Of a stretch of DNA of 24,010 bases, positions 14,051 through 22,326 are shown one piece after another (within the stretch, counting starts at the first letter, position 1; each line of letters starts with the position of its first letter). The stretch comes from an uncultured Candidatus Bathyarchaeia archaeon (GTDB lineage: Archaea; Thermoproteota; Bathyarchaeia; Bathyarchaeales; Bathycorpusculaceae): NCBI GenBank assembly GCA_964450845.1, contig CAYVGZ010000001.1, forward strand, positions 172,604 through 196,613, given 5' to 3'. The notes under the pieces are model-generated. The model saw nothing but the letters and a program-made list of their open reading frames with translations. It was not told where the DNA came from and did no database searches. The translations under genes and the position numbers were made by a program.

Positions 14051-14285
14051 CTAATCAAAATATGATTTTCGTTTTTCTGCTTCTTTTTTCTCTGACGTTT
14101 GCTGAATGACTGGAGTTATGGCTACGCCGTCTTGTGTTGTTACAACTATGTGTTCTATATCTTTATAAATAAAGATAGGCATTTACTCTAGGATCTATAC
14201 AACGTTTTAAGAGGAATGAGCTGAACGTAGCCGTATCTGCTGATACTGTTGCCACTAGAATAAGTGCTATTATTAGCTTTTTCGT
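14051..14285 (-). pseudogene. Signal-peptide-bearing small protein with ACG in place of ATG and a frameshift
   Basis: GAGGG RBS then ACG-KKLIIALILVATVSADTA...; second frame KDIEHIVVTTQDGVAITPVI...YFD*. Confidence 0.55.
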
Positions 14286-14306
14286 ATTGTATCCCTCTAA
14301 ACAAAT

Positions 14307-14347
14307 AAAAAAAGGCCCCAACTAGGAACTAGTCCTAACTGAGGCCT
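14307..14347 (-). terminator. Intrinsic terminator
   Basis: 15-bp stem AGGCCUCAGUUAGGA/UCCUAGUUGGGGCCU followed by a U run. Confidence 0.8.
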
Positions 14348-14367
14348 CGCTGTCTGCGGACGTAAGT

Positions 14368-14548
14368 TTATTTCTTGATCGACATATCAAGTCCAAGATC
14401 TGATAGATGCTTCAGAGTCATGGTCTTCATTGCTGCGTCCCATGAACTTGTTCCACCTGAGGTTCCACCCATCTCAACTGTTTCGTCAGCAATGTCTTCG
14501 ACATTGGACGAAGTTACTTCGTCGGTAATCTTCTGCGACTTGTCCCAT
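14368..14548 (-). pseudogene. Small acidic protein with +1 G frameshift just after the start
   Basis: RBS AAGGAGAAGG; removing one G of ATGGG gives MDKSQKITDEVTSSNVEDIADETVEMGG...MSIKK*. Confidence 0.55.
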
Positions 14549-14861
14549 TATCCTTCTCCTTTGGTTTGGGATGAGTAAGACCTTCACTTATCATTGCCTT
14601 GATCTTAGCTCGTTGCTTTGCAGCTCCTTGATCTTTTCCAAATCTCTTGTCCAGCTCAGTGAGCTGGTCTACGAGGGACAAGGATCGCCAGTTTCTGTTC
14701 CTTTCCGCAGCTTCCTTTTTACGCCTTTCACGATGAATCGGATCAAAGAAAGCAGTGCCGTACGTTGATTTGTATCTATGGTTTTTTATCTCTGCTCCAT
14801 TCTGGCGAACTTCGTTGCTACGAGTATATTTGTTTGGTTGGATCAATCCCGAGCACTTCAT
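14514..14861 (-). CDS. Phage hypothetical protein
   Basis: RBS AAGGAG; RRKKEAAERN..W.SLS..DQL.ELDKR.GK..GA.KQRAKI pattern. Confidence 0.75.
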   Translation of the reverse strand: MKCSGLIQPNKYTRSNEVRQNGAEIKNHRYKSTYGTAFFDPIHRERRKKEAAERNRNWRSLSLVDQLTELDKRFGKDQGAAKQRAKIKAMISEGLTHPKPKEKDNGTSRRRLPTK

Positions 14862-15117
14862 TAAAGACTCCTTTATCAAAGTCTCGAAATAAAGTCATGA
14901 CATTTTGAAAGTTGTAGGAGAAGTTAGTATCTTCTATAACTTCCAAAAAATTTTCCTGCTCATCTAGTGAGAAGTCGTCGTACTCTCCGTTTTTAAAGAT
15001 TATGGATGCTCTAGGACCCCATCCAAGATTATATGTTTCATAACATACACCTTTGGTTCCTGCTTGGTTGCCTAGATAGACAACTTTGAGTCGAACTACT
15101 GTTCCAACTTTGAGCAT
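14818..15117 (-). CDS. Phage hypothetical protein (99 aa)
   Basis: Start at ATG 15117 behind AAGGA; MLKVGTVVRLK...GVCYETY...SIIF.NG.YD.FS. Confidence 0.75.
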   Translation of the reverse strand: MLKVGTVVRLKVVYLGNQAGTKGVCYETYNLGWGPRASIIFKNGEYDDFSLDEQENFLEVIEDTNFSYNFQNVMTLFRDFDKGVFNEVLGIDPTKQIYS

Positions 15118-15210
15118 TGCTACTTCCTTATCAGTCTGCCATTGTAATACGATCCGCCTTTGGTAATATACCATGGCGGGTACTGAAAGATCTTAATCTG
15201 AGCCAAGGGC

Positions 15211-15342
15211 TTAATTGTAGGTGACCTTGCCTGACACTGTCTTGTTAAAGAAGAAAGCGTAACATCCGCCAATGACAACGCTGCCTATGATCAGAACGAT
15301 AACAACAACCACCAACTCTATTAGCGTAAAACCTTTACGCAT
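15211..15342 (-). CDS. Prepilin-type N-terminal cleavage/methylation peptide (43 aa; probably a disrupted longer gene)
   Basis: MRKG|FTLIELVVVVIVLIIG = class III signal peptide with G-1, F+1, E+5; a protein-like continuation IKIFQYPPWYITKGGSYYNGRLIRK* lies in another frame. Confidence 0.75.
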   Translation of the reverse strand: MRKGFTLIELVVVVIVLIIGSVVIGGCYAFFFNKTVSGKVTYN

Positions 15343-15487
15343 TGTTTGCTTCTTTTTCAATTCGTACTAGCTCGCAGATCTGGTCTCTGGACATCTCATC
15401 AAATGTCTTGTCTCGCTCTGATGACGACAGTCTTAGAGCTGGACATTTTGATGTATAAACAGCACAGGAATCACAAAGTCTTTCCAC
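15335..15487 (-). CDS. Small Cys-containing hypothetical protein (50 aa)
   Basis: GTG start behind AAGGAG; MERLCDSC...C...ICELVRIEKEANNA*. Confidence 0.65.
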   Translation of the reverse strand: MERLCDSCAVYTSKCPALRLSSSERDKTFDEMSRDQICELVRIEKEANNA

Positions 15488-15549
15488 GATATTCTCCTTA
15501 GTAAAAAAGTTGGGGTACTAGGATGTTCCATTCACCGTTCCCCCTTATT

Positions 15550-15576
15550 AAAATAAAACGGGGCCCGAAGGCCCCG
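15550..15576 (-). terminator. Intrinsic terminator
   Basis: CGGGGCC-UUCG-GGCCCCG followed by UUUUAUUUU. Confidence 0.85.
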
Positions 15577-15725
15577 TACATCCTGGATAGGCTTTCACCT
15601 TTCGGCTAGACTAGTTTCAGACAAGGTCATCGTCTTTCTCGATTTCGTCTCTTACGCTAGCCCTCACTCTCCTTACTAGCACTGAAGAAAGATATGTGCT
15701 TACTCATTGAGACCGTGGTGCCTTC

Positions 15726-16100
15726 CTATACCATTCTGTCATCCAGGAAATTTTGAAACACTTTTCCATGTTTAAATCTTTTTAATTTTCGTAATGCTGC
15801 TTTCTCATGCGAGCTTAATATGTCTTCTGGGTCAAACAGATTAACAAGCTCTTTAGCTAATAAATCTGATATCACTCCATCGGGAGCGTAAAGTCTTTCT
15901 AGGCATCTGCCTAGCAGCTCTCTGAAATCGTGATGAACATTTTTTTCATCAAGAGACTGCGGAATTGAAAGAAGCTCTACTACGACGTCTATGTCTACGT
16001 CGTATCCAATATATCCATCAATGTATTCTACATCTTGCTTTGTTAATTCACCATTGGCAATTACGTCTTCAACAATGTCTTTGATTGAGCAAGTTACCAC
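15726..16100 (-). CDS. Acidic helical protein, TerB-like
   Basis: GTG behind GGAGG; IANGELTKQDVE, DGVISD...A and HEKAALRKLK repeats resemble TerB-family proteins. Confidence 0.5.
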   Translation of the reverse strand: MVTCSIKDIVEDVIANGELTKQDVEYIDGYIGYDVDIDVVVELLSIPQSLDEKNVHHDFRELLGRCLERLYAPDGVISDLLAKELVNLFDPEDILSSHEKAALRKLKRFKHGKVFQNFLDDRMV

Positions 16101-16148
16101 GATGTGCCTCCTTTGAAGTTGATAACTTAGTCAAAGTAGATTTGAAAA

Positions 16149-16763
16149 TTAGATAAGTTGTAGTTGCCCACCAGTCTCTGTTAATGCTAGCTGTAAATCT
16201 AAGTCTAGCTTTGTATGGTATTCTTGAACGGTATTTGGGTCATGGGAATGTAGTATTGCTGCTGGATGAAATGTAGGGATAAAGGTAAAACCTTTAACAC
16301 TATATTTTCTTCCACGTACTGAGCTAATTGGTTTTTTGTACAGTGCTGGAATCATATCACCAGCTGCTGAGGCGCCAAGTGGAATAATAATAGAAGGCTT
16401 GAACGTTTCTATTCTGTTCCAGACTATGGGCAAGCATAGCTTGACTTCATCTTGGGTTGGTGCTCGGTTCTTCCCCTTTTCATCCAAGGGTCTGCACCTG
16501 ATTGTGTTGTCTAGTATAATATTAAGCTTCTTTGATCTTAAAAGGGGTAGAAGCTTTTCTCTAAGCAGTTTTCCTGCTGGGCCTGTGAATGGATGATGAG
16601 TTAGGTGCTCTTTTTCGCCAGCACCTTGGCCAATAAACATTAAGTCTATTTGGCTATCATCTCTTGCTTGAACCAGTTCAGTTTGTAATAGAGCACATCC
16701 ATTATAAAATGGGCAGCTTGTACTATTACAAGTTGTAGGTATAAATGTCTTTTTAAATTCCAT
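16149..16763 (-). CDS. Uracil-DNA glycosylase, family 4 (Fe-S type)
   Basis: N-terminal Cys cluster, FIGQGAG.KE...PFTGPAGKLL, NTIRCRP...NRAP...EV..C, LGASA, TFHPAAIL; start at ATG 16763 behind GAGGT. Confidence 0.9.
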   Translation of the reverse strand: MEFKKTFIPTTCNSTSCPFYNGCALLQTELVQARDDSQIDLMFIGQGAGEKEHLTHHPFTGPAGKLLREKLLPLLRSKKLNIILDNTIRCRPLDEKGKNRAPTQDEVKLCLPIVWNRIETFKPSIIIPLGASAAGDMIPALYKKPISSVRGRKYSVKGFTFIPTFHPAAILHSHDPNTVQEYHTKLDLDLQLALTETGGQLQLI

Positions 16764-16887
16764 ATACCTCATCAGCCTCTGTTTCGAATTCTTCGAATTC
16801 CTTTGTTCCAATTAGAACAATGGCCATTATAATAGCTAGCACAACAAGGCAAGGAAATATAATTAGTAACCCTACTGCTTTCTTCAT
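16753..16887 (-). CDS. Small membrane protein with acidic tail (44 aa)
   Basis: RBS AAGGA; MKKAVGLLIIFPCLVVLAIIMAIVLIGTKEFEEFETEADEVYGI*. Confidence 0.65.
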   Translation of the reverse strand: MKKAVGLLIIFPCLVVLAIIMAIVLIGTKEFEEFETEADEVYGI

Positions 16888-16923
16888 TTTGATCCTTCTT
16901 CTAGTATCTTTAAGGACAAATAT

Positions 16924-16952
16924 AAAAAGTACGCTGTTTAATGGCGTACTTT
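16924..16952 (-). terminator. Intrinsic terminator
   Basis: AGUACGC/GCGUACU stem followed by a U run. Confidence 0.6.
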
Positions 16953-17116
16953 AGACGTTGTTTTCTTTAACTTTCTTGGATGTTCTTGTCTTCTGAAGCT
17001 CAATTCGTTAAAGCCTTTACTGTAGTACTCATATTCGTATTGGTACATTTTTACATCTTCAAATGTACCTACACTCCTATGAGTCCACCATTTATTTTTA
17101 TTTCAGCTGTAAATAT
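16938..17116 (-). pseudogene. Degraded phage hypothetical gene
   Basis: GAGGT RBS then ATA-FTAEIKINGGLIGV* and, in another frame, VGTFEDVKMYQYEYEYY... Confidence 0.4.
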
Positions 17117-17118
17117 GT

Positions 17119-17409
17119 TTACCTCGCAAACTCCATTGCTTTTTCTTCACGACATAATATAACAAAGGACTGTCTTTGGTCAGTTTGAAGCTGTTCCTGA
17201 AAATACTCGAATTCTTGTTTATTGTACGCAACTGCTAATGCAGTAAACGCGCCATTGTCAAGCAGGACTAACACTTTGTTTTTCTCAGGAATGGTTTCCC
17301 AAGTCATTTCATAGAACTCATCTTTTTTACATTCCTTGGCATAGCCTTTTGAAAGCATCTCAAAAAGCCATGTTTCCTTAGACATAGGCGGATTAATATA
17401 CATTCCCAT
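17119..17409 (-). CDS. Phage hypothetical protein
   Basis: RBS GGAGG; MGMYINPP.SKE.WL...LLDNGAFTA.AVAY. Confidence 0.82.
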   Translation of the reverse strand: MGMYINPPMSKETWLFEMLSKGYAKECKKDEFYEMTWETIPEKNKVLVLLDNGAFTALAVAYNKQEFEYFQEQLQTDQRQSFVILCREEKAMEFAR

Positions 17410-17432
17410 AGTTCCTCCCAGTTAGGAATAAT

Positions 17433-17466
17433 AAAAAGTGGTTGAGCGAATGCTCGCCCAACCACT
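17433..17466 (-). terminator. Intrinsic terminator
   Basis: 13-bp stem AGUGGUUGGGCGA/UCGCUCAACCACU followed by a U run. Confidence 0.85.
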
Positions 17467-17493
17467 CTACGACTACCGACCAAGGTGTCGTTC

Positions 17494-18132
17494 TTACTGC
17501 TTGCTTTCTTCCATTCCTTCGTTGGCGAAGAGGATGTTCTTTACCTTGTCCGCATTCTGAACGGTGCCTTTCGATTTAACTGCAGGCTTCAGCTTCGCAG
17601 CAGTTTCTGCTTTCTGCATCAGCATGTCGGTTATCTTGGAAAGCCGTTTCGGATCGGAGATGTGCTTGTTGGCTGAAATGGCACTGACTTCGCCCTTTTC
17701 CGCTGCGTTGATACACGCGTCTGCTGCAGCGCCAAGCGCTTCCTGCATCGTTTCCCAGAGATCCTCGCTGATGAGGGCATTTTTGTACTGCTTGCGGTCG
17801 TTATCGTTGTCGAATGGCGTTCCGAACCGAATCATTGATCCAAATCCGCCTTCGATTTCGATTGTTCTGCAGGACAAGTACGGAATCACAACTGCGCCTT
17901 GGCCCTTTTCGTTGTCCCATAGCGAAACGTTCGCATCGATTCTCATCGAAATTCTGCTCCGCGTCACGTTGCCCGTTTCTTCGTTTGTTTTCTCTTTCCA
18001 TACGGGCTTCGGATTCATTCTTCCAACGCATCCTACGACAAAGCGTTCATCGGCCGATACGACGCCAATGGTCTTGACGAATTCACCCATCGCGTTTTTC
18101 ACCGAAATGTCACTCACCTGTTTGCGGCTCAT
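17494..18132 (-). CDS. Hypothetical protein, possibly SpoVG/PC4-like nucleic-acid binding
   Basis: RBS AAGGAG; GC-richer codons; own terminator; IEIEGGFGSMIRFG...KQYKN...ISEDLWETMQEA loosely resembles SpoVG. Confidence 0.6.
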   Translation of the reverse strand: MSRKQVSDISVKNAMGEFVKTIGVVSADERFVVGCVGRMNPKPVWKEKTNEETGNVTRSRISMRIDANVSLWDNEKGQGAVVIPYLSCRTIEIEGGFGSMIRFGTPFDNDNDRKQYKNALISEDLWETMQEALGAAADACINAAEKGEVSAISANKHISDPKRLSKITDMLMQKAETAAKLKPAVKSKGTVQNADKVKNILFANEGMEESKQ

Positions 18133-18637
18133 CTTTCACTCCTTTGGTTTGGTTTTGGTACTGTTCATCTGGTCTCAAGCTTGGCAGCAGGTTGACCGCT
18201 ACAAATTGTTTTCTACCATCAGTTTCTTGTATAGTTAATACGAACGGTACACGAGATTTAAGAAATGTATCGTGTCCTGCTGCGCGAAATTCCTGCACAG
18301 TTTTACTTCCAAGCGTTAACAAATAGAGCCCATAGCCTGTTTTTATAAAACAGGTAAAATACTCTTCGTAGTCTGGATACAGGGAACTTAACAACACTGG
18401 ATTTCCATTTGAAATGAATCCAGCTGTTTCGACAATGGACATTGTTCCCTCTCTACACAGTTCTGCTACATACTCGTGTACAGATACTATCCCACTTGTT
18501 AGTTGTTTGGCCTCCTTTTTAAAGTTAAATGATATGTTTCCGCACCAACAGTTGGTATTTCCCTTACTCTGTTTGAGTATAACTTTTGTATCGTTATTTT
18601 CCTTTGCGATTATTCCTGAAATTCCGAATCTTGCCAT
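18110..18637 (-). CDS. Hypothetical protein
   Basis: 175 aa; RBS GGAGGAG. Confidence 0.8.
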   Translation of the reverse strand: MARFGISGIIAKENNDTKVILKQSKGNTNCWCGNISFNFKKEAKQLTSGIVSVHEYVAELCREGTMSIVETAGFISNGNPVLLSSLYPDYEEYFTCFIKTGYGLYLLTLGSKTVQEFRAAGHDTFLKSRVPFVLTIQETDGRKQFVAVNLLPSLRPDEQYQNQTKGVKDEPQTGE

Positions 18638-20475
18638 TCTTCTCCTCCGATCTCTTCGTTTTCGTCTATGTCTTCAATGTGTATTTTTCCTTCTCTACCG
18701 AGATCATCTTTGGATAATGAACGTCCTATAAATACATCTTCGCTAAGTTCGTCTTGAAGCATCTCAGCTAGCTCACTAGCTTCGTTATGGGAAAGTTGGG
18801 AAAAATTATCACAAATAAGATTTTTAATCTTATTGAATCTATTTTTTCCACTTCCCCATACTCGTCTTAATTGAAACCAGAATATTTCTGAATATGGAAG
18901 AGAATCTTTATCATCATCAGCATCATTCCTATTGTGCTTTAGTGTTATGGTGTTCCATCTTTCTGGTATCTTTGGCATTTCTACTTCGAAGCATATTCGT
19001 GACTTTCTTGCTTCTAGTAGATGATGTGAGAAAGCACGCTGTTGAGTAAACTCAATGTCGTCATCAAGTATTCCTGCTCCAATTATGAGATTCCTTATAG
19101 TTGATGGAGAGCCTGTTCTCACTGTTTCAACATACTGCCAGAAATCTTCTGGTTTCTTTGCACAGAATGCTTTCTTAAAGTATTCCCATGTTATCTTTAC
19201 TTCTGGTGGATTCCATCTTTTTCCAGCAAGTAGAATTCTTGAGAATACTCTCATTTGCCTGTTCCATCCTTGAGATTCCTTTTTCTCTCCTATTATTGAT
19301 GCTATTGTCTCTACGGCTGGATGTCTATTTTCCTCTTCTTGCAACAGGGTTGTATCTTTCTTTTCCATTTCTTTTATAAGTTTTCTAAACCATCCTATTT
19401 TAGGATTAGTTAGATATGGCTTTGAATCATTTATTGCTTTCTTTATTAACATTGCTATCCACCAGAATCGCCTGTTTGGAGGATAGTACACCTTTCCTCC
19501 AGACATTACCATCGGAGGCTTGCTTGGGTCTAGCTTTCTTAGTCCAGGATAGTTTAGAACGAAATTCAATAAATGACATCTGAAAAGATATACCTTGTCT
19601 TCTGGCAAATTCATTTTGTTCAATGCATGCCAGTATAAATAATACTTGTGCAAGTTCATGTTGGAGTATAACGTCTTCTTGGACTTTGTTGATACCTCTT
19701 CCATGAATGCGCTCGCTTTTTCCCTTGGTATGCCATTGTTTATTAAGGCTTCCCAAAGATTGATATACTCTCCATTTTTAATAGCTATCAGTATCTGATA
19801 AATAGCAGCTGCTGTGTCTTTGTTCTCAAACTTTTGATTACAGAACTTAGCTATTTTCTCATCTGATTCGTTACATGCAAAGAATGTCTTTTTCCTTCTG
19901 CTATCTGGAATACCAGTGTAATTGATCCATCCTTTAATGTCTCCTGTATAGTCTCGGAGACATTTCGGTATTACCATTTTCTCCATTTTGTTGTATACAC
20001 CGTATATACCCATCATACAGTCATCTACTCTTTGTATTCCAAGGACTTGTTGGTTAGCCCATCCTCCAGGACTCAGTGCAGCTGCTGATTCTCCGAATGC
20101 ATATCCTACATGTTCGTTGCCCATTGCTCCAGTTATGATGGGCTCATTAATTTCTTTTATGGTGTATAGAGGATGGAAGTTATATTCTTCTGCTCTGTTT
20201 CTCCTGAAACTGAATGTCAGTCCATTTTCATTTGGTGCATCGTTTTCCCAAATGATGCTGACTCCAGGTGGAAATGGGTCGGATGATGCTCTATTATTTT
20301 GTATTACGTCTCCGTTTGTATCATGTTCTGGATAGAGTCTGTACTCATCCTTCAATTTTAGTGAGCATCCTTTCTCTTCGACTTTTCCAGTTTCAGGGTC
20401 TTCTTTCAAGATCATGAATGCACAGTAAAGATTTCCGAGTCTTCTTCTAGTGCATGCGTAAATGTTTCGTGCCAT
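18610..20475 (-). CDS. Large hypothetical protein (621 aa)
   Basis: RBS GAGGTG; long intact ORF; no motif recognised; acidic C-terminus. Confidence 0.88.
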   Translation of the reverse strand: MARNIYACTRRRLGNLYCAFMILKEDPETGKVEEKGCSLKLKDEYRLYPEHDTNGDVIQNNRASSDPFPPGVSIIWENDAPNENGLTFSFRRNRAEEYNFHPLYTIKEINEPIITGAMGNEHVGYAFGESAAALSPGGWANQQVLGIQRVDDCMMGIYGVYNKMEKMVIPKCLRDYTGDIKGWINYTGIPDSRRKKTFFACNESDEKIAKFCNQKFENKDTAAAIYQILIAIKNGEYINLWEALINNGIPREKASAFMEEVSTKSKKTLYSNMNLHKYYLYWHALNKMNLPEDKVYLFRCHLLNFVLNYPGLRKLDPSKPPMVMSGGKVYYPPNRRFWWIAMLIKKAINDSKPYLTNPKIGWFRKLIKEMEKKDTTLLQEEENRHPAVETIASIIGEKKESQGWNRQMRVFSRILLAGKRWNPPEVKITWEYFKKAFCAKKPEDFWQYVETVRTGSPSTIRNLIIGAGILDDDIEFTQQRAFSHHLLEARKSRICFEVEMPKIPERWNTITLKHNRNDADDDKDSLPYSEIFWFQLRRVWGSGKNRFNKIKNLICDNFSQLSHNEASELAEMLQDELSEDVFIGRSLSKDDLGREGKIHIEDIDENEEIGGEEWQDSEFQE

Positions 20476-20529
20476 TCGTCACCTCTTCTTTGGTCGGTAG
20501 TTTGAAAAAAGGCCATACTAATTTGAAAA

Positions 20530-21090
20530 TTATAACTTATCATACATAAAGCCATCTCTATAGATGAGCTCTATTGGCTTTCTTTTAGTTAGTTCATAGC
20601 AATTAGGTGTATCACCGAAGCATATCATGGTGTCTGTTACATACTCTATATGCCACCATTGATATACTGACCAGTCATACACAAATGCCCAATCTCCTCC
20701 ACCTGTCAAGGCAGGCCATTGTCGTTTCCATTGTAGTTCAGTACATCTGTATGTGCCGATTGGCTTGTAACAATAATCAACAAGTCCATCCAATACCTTA
20801 TCTTTGTGACTGACGCCAGCCCACATTCTTCTCCTGTTTCTCACCTCATAGGCTTTCCATCCCGCATAGTCTCTTAAATAAAACTCGTCTGTCTCTACTA
20901 TCAAACTATCTTCATAGAACGTCCATCTATTCAGGGCCATTCCATTACCGTCCATATTATACCAGACGGTTCCAGCTAGAATGTCCCAATGTTCTCCAAT
21001 TGCATCTGGTTCTGTTGGAGAGCAAGAAAACAAAAAGGCACAAAAGAGAGTGAGAGAGATGTAGTTCATAACCTTGTTTGAGAATGTCAT
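20530..21090 (-). CDS. Putative lipoprotein
   Basis: RBS AAGGAG; signal peptide with lipobox LFSC followed by SPTEP; aromatic, beta-rich mature part. Confidence 0.78.
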   Translation of the reverse strand: MTFSNKVMNYISLTLFCAFLFSCSPTEPDAIGEHWDILAGTVWYNMDGNGMALNRWTFYEDSLIVETDEFYLRDYAGWKAYEVRNRRRMWAGVSHKDKVLDGLVDYCYKPIGTYRCTELQWKRQWPALTGGGDWAFVYDWSVYQWWHIEYVTDTMICFGDTPNCYELTKRKPIELIYRDGFMYDKL

Positions 21091-21203
21091 ACTGTATCTC
21101 CTTAGATATAGTTTAGCGCTCTAATTTTTACATATCTGAGGATAACAATTCTCATATATAAGTTATTGATATATAACAACTTACAATTTAAAGAATGTAA
21201 GCC

Positions 21204-21359
21204 TCAGAAATTCAACTCTTTAGTCTCTTCATCTTCACTATAGATTCTTGCTAGACAGGATCCGCACTCAGGGCAGCATTCTTCTTCAGTGTATACCTCA
21301 CCACATTCAATACATTGATATATTGATTCTTCTTCATATGTTTCTAGTCTGTCTGACAC
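21204..21359 (-). CDS. Small acidic zinc-ribbon protein (51 aa)
   Basis: GTG start; YQCIECGEVY...CCPECGS. Confidence 0.65.
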   Translation of the reverse strand: MSDRLETYEEESIYQCIECGEVYTEEECCPECGSCLARIYSEDEETKELNF

Positions 21360-21801
21360 TTTCTTTCATTTCCTCTTCAGTTGAGTATTCATCCTCTTCG
21401 AGCTCATGATATGATTCTATCATCACTCTACCACTGTAGGGTCTATCTCCTAGCAGTACAGGATGAATTTCGAGTCCCAAAGACTCCAGATATAAAAAGT
21501 ATTTCATCATCAAGCTATTATAATCATCTTTCTTCTTTCCTTCACATATCCATTTGATAGCTATAAAACGGCCATCATATTCTGGCCTTGTTTGGGTATG
21601 AAATACGAAAGATCCATCTCGTTCTTTCATTATATCTGGGTCTTTATAGTTCTCAACAAAGAGTATAGGCAGCCCTCTAATAAGCGTTGCTATAATGTTG
21701 TCCTTTCTTGCTAGACGTTTTCTATATGTCGATAGCATTACGTTTCGTTCAAAGCTAACAGCAATTGCTATCATTAAACATACAATAGTAACGATTATCA
21801 T
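21334..21801 (-). CDS. Hypothetical protein with N-terminal membrane anchor
   Basis: RBS AGGAGG; hydrophobic N-terminus. Confidence 0.8.
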   Translation of the reverse strand: MIIVTIVCLMIAIAVSFERNVMLSTYRKRLARKDNIIATLIRGLPILFVENYKDPDIMKERDGSFVFHTQTRPEYDGRFIAIKWICEGKKKDDYNSLMMKYFLYLESLGLEIHPVLLGDRPYSGRVMIESYHELEEDEYSTEEEMKESVRQTRNI

Positions 21802-21802
21802 T

Positions 21803-21898
21803 TTAGCCTCCTATCCTTATTGAAAGTAGTACATGTGTAATGATTCCAACAATCGTTAAACCAAGTATTACTATTATCAACAGGCCTATTTCGAGCAT
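21803..21898 (-). CDS. Small membrane peptide (31 aa)
   Basis: MLEIGLLIIVILGLTIVGIITHVLLSIRIGG*; fills the gap between two genes. Confidence 0.5.
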   Translation of the reverse strand: MLEIGLLIIVILGLTIVGIITHVLLSIRIGG

Positions 21899-22326
21899 AT
21901 TACGTACCTGTCATCAAGGATAAGAGTTAGCACTTTCTTAACGTCGTTCCAATCAAGTCCACCACAGCCACATTCTAGTCTTGGAAGTGCTATGTACTTC
22001 CAGTTGAACCTGTTTGCCATTTCATCAAGATTCTCAGCAGATTTCTTTATAAGGAACATGTCAGAAGGATCTTGATAGTGCGTCTTTGTCGGAAAAGATA
22101 CTATACGAGTTCCTTCTTTAACTGCCCCTACTACTGGAATATTTCCCACGCTTTGAACAAGATTTCCAAAGGTAAACTGTATTCTTGGAAACTTCTCGAC
22201 AGCTTCCTTAGCAATTCCTGTTTCCATAACAAGAGCTCCATTGCTTTTAATGACTGCGTTAGTCGTTACACATAACGCATCTGCTATTCCAATAAGTTTC
22301 CAAATGTCGCCAACTCTTTCACGCAT
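21886..22326 (-). CDS. Macrodomain protein (Poa1p/TARG1/DarG-like)
   Basis: GDIW, VTTN...G.LVM..GIAKE, SFPTK, IALPRL.CG.GGLDW..V. Confidence 0.85.
   Translation of the reverse strand: MRERVGDIWKLIGIADALCVTTNAVIKSNGALVMETGIAKEAVEKFPRIQFTFGNLVQSVGNIPVVGAVKEGTRIVSFPTKTHYQDPSDMFLIKKSAENLDEMANRFNWKYIALPRLECGCGGLDWNDVKKVLTLILDDRYVICSK

Noticed and set aside
14507-14523. Perfect inverted repeat GACGAAGT-T-ACTTCGTC
   Set aside because: Single occurrence inside a coding frame with no regulatory context
15500-15680. Possible riboswitch or hammerhead near CC-GAAA-GG and the GGGG...CCCC segment containing AACGGTGA
   Set aside because: No complete CUGAnGA/GAAA core or c-di-GMP motif; stems are too short to support a call
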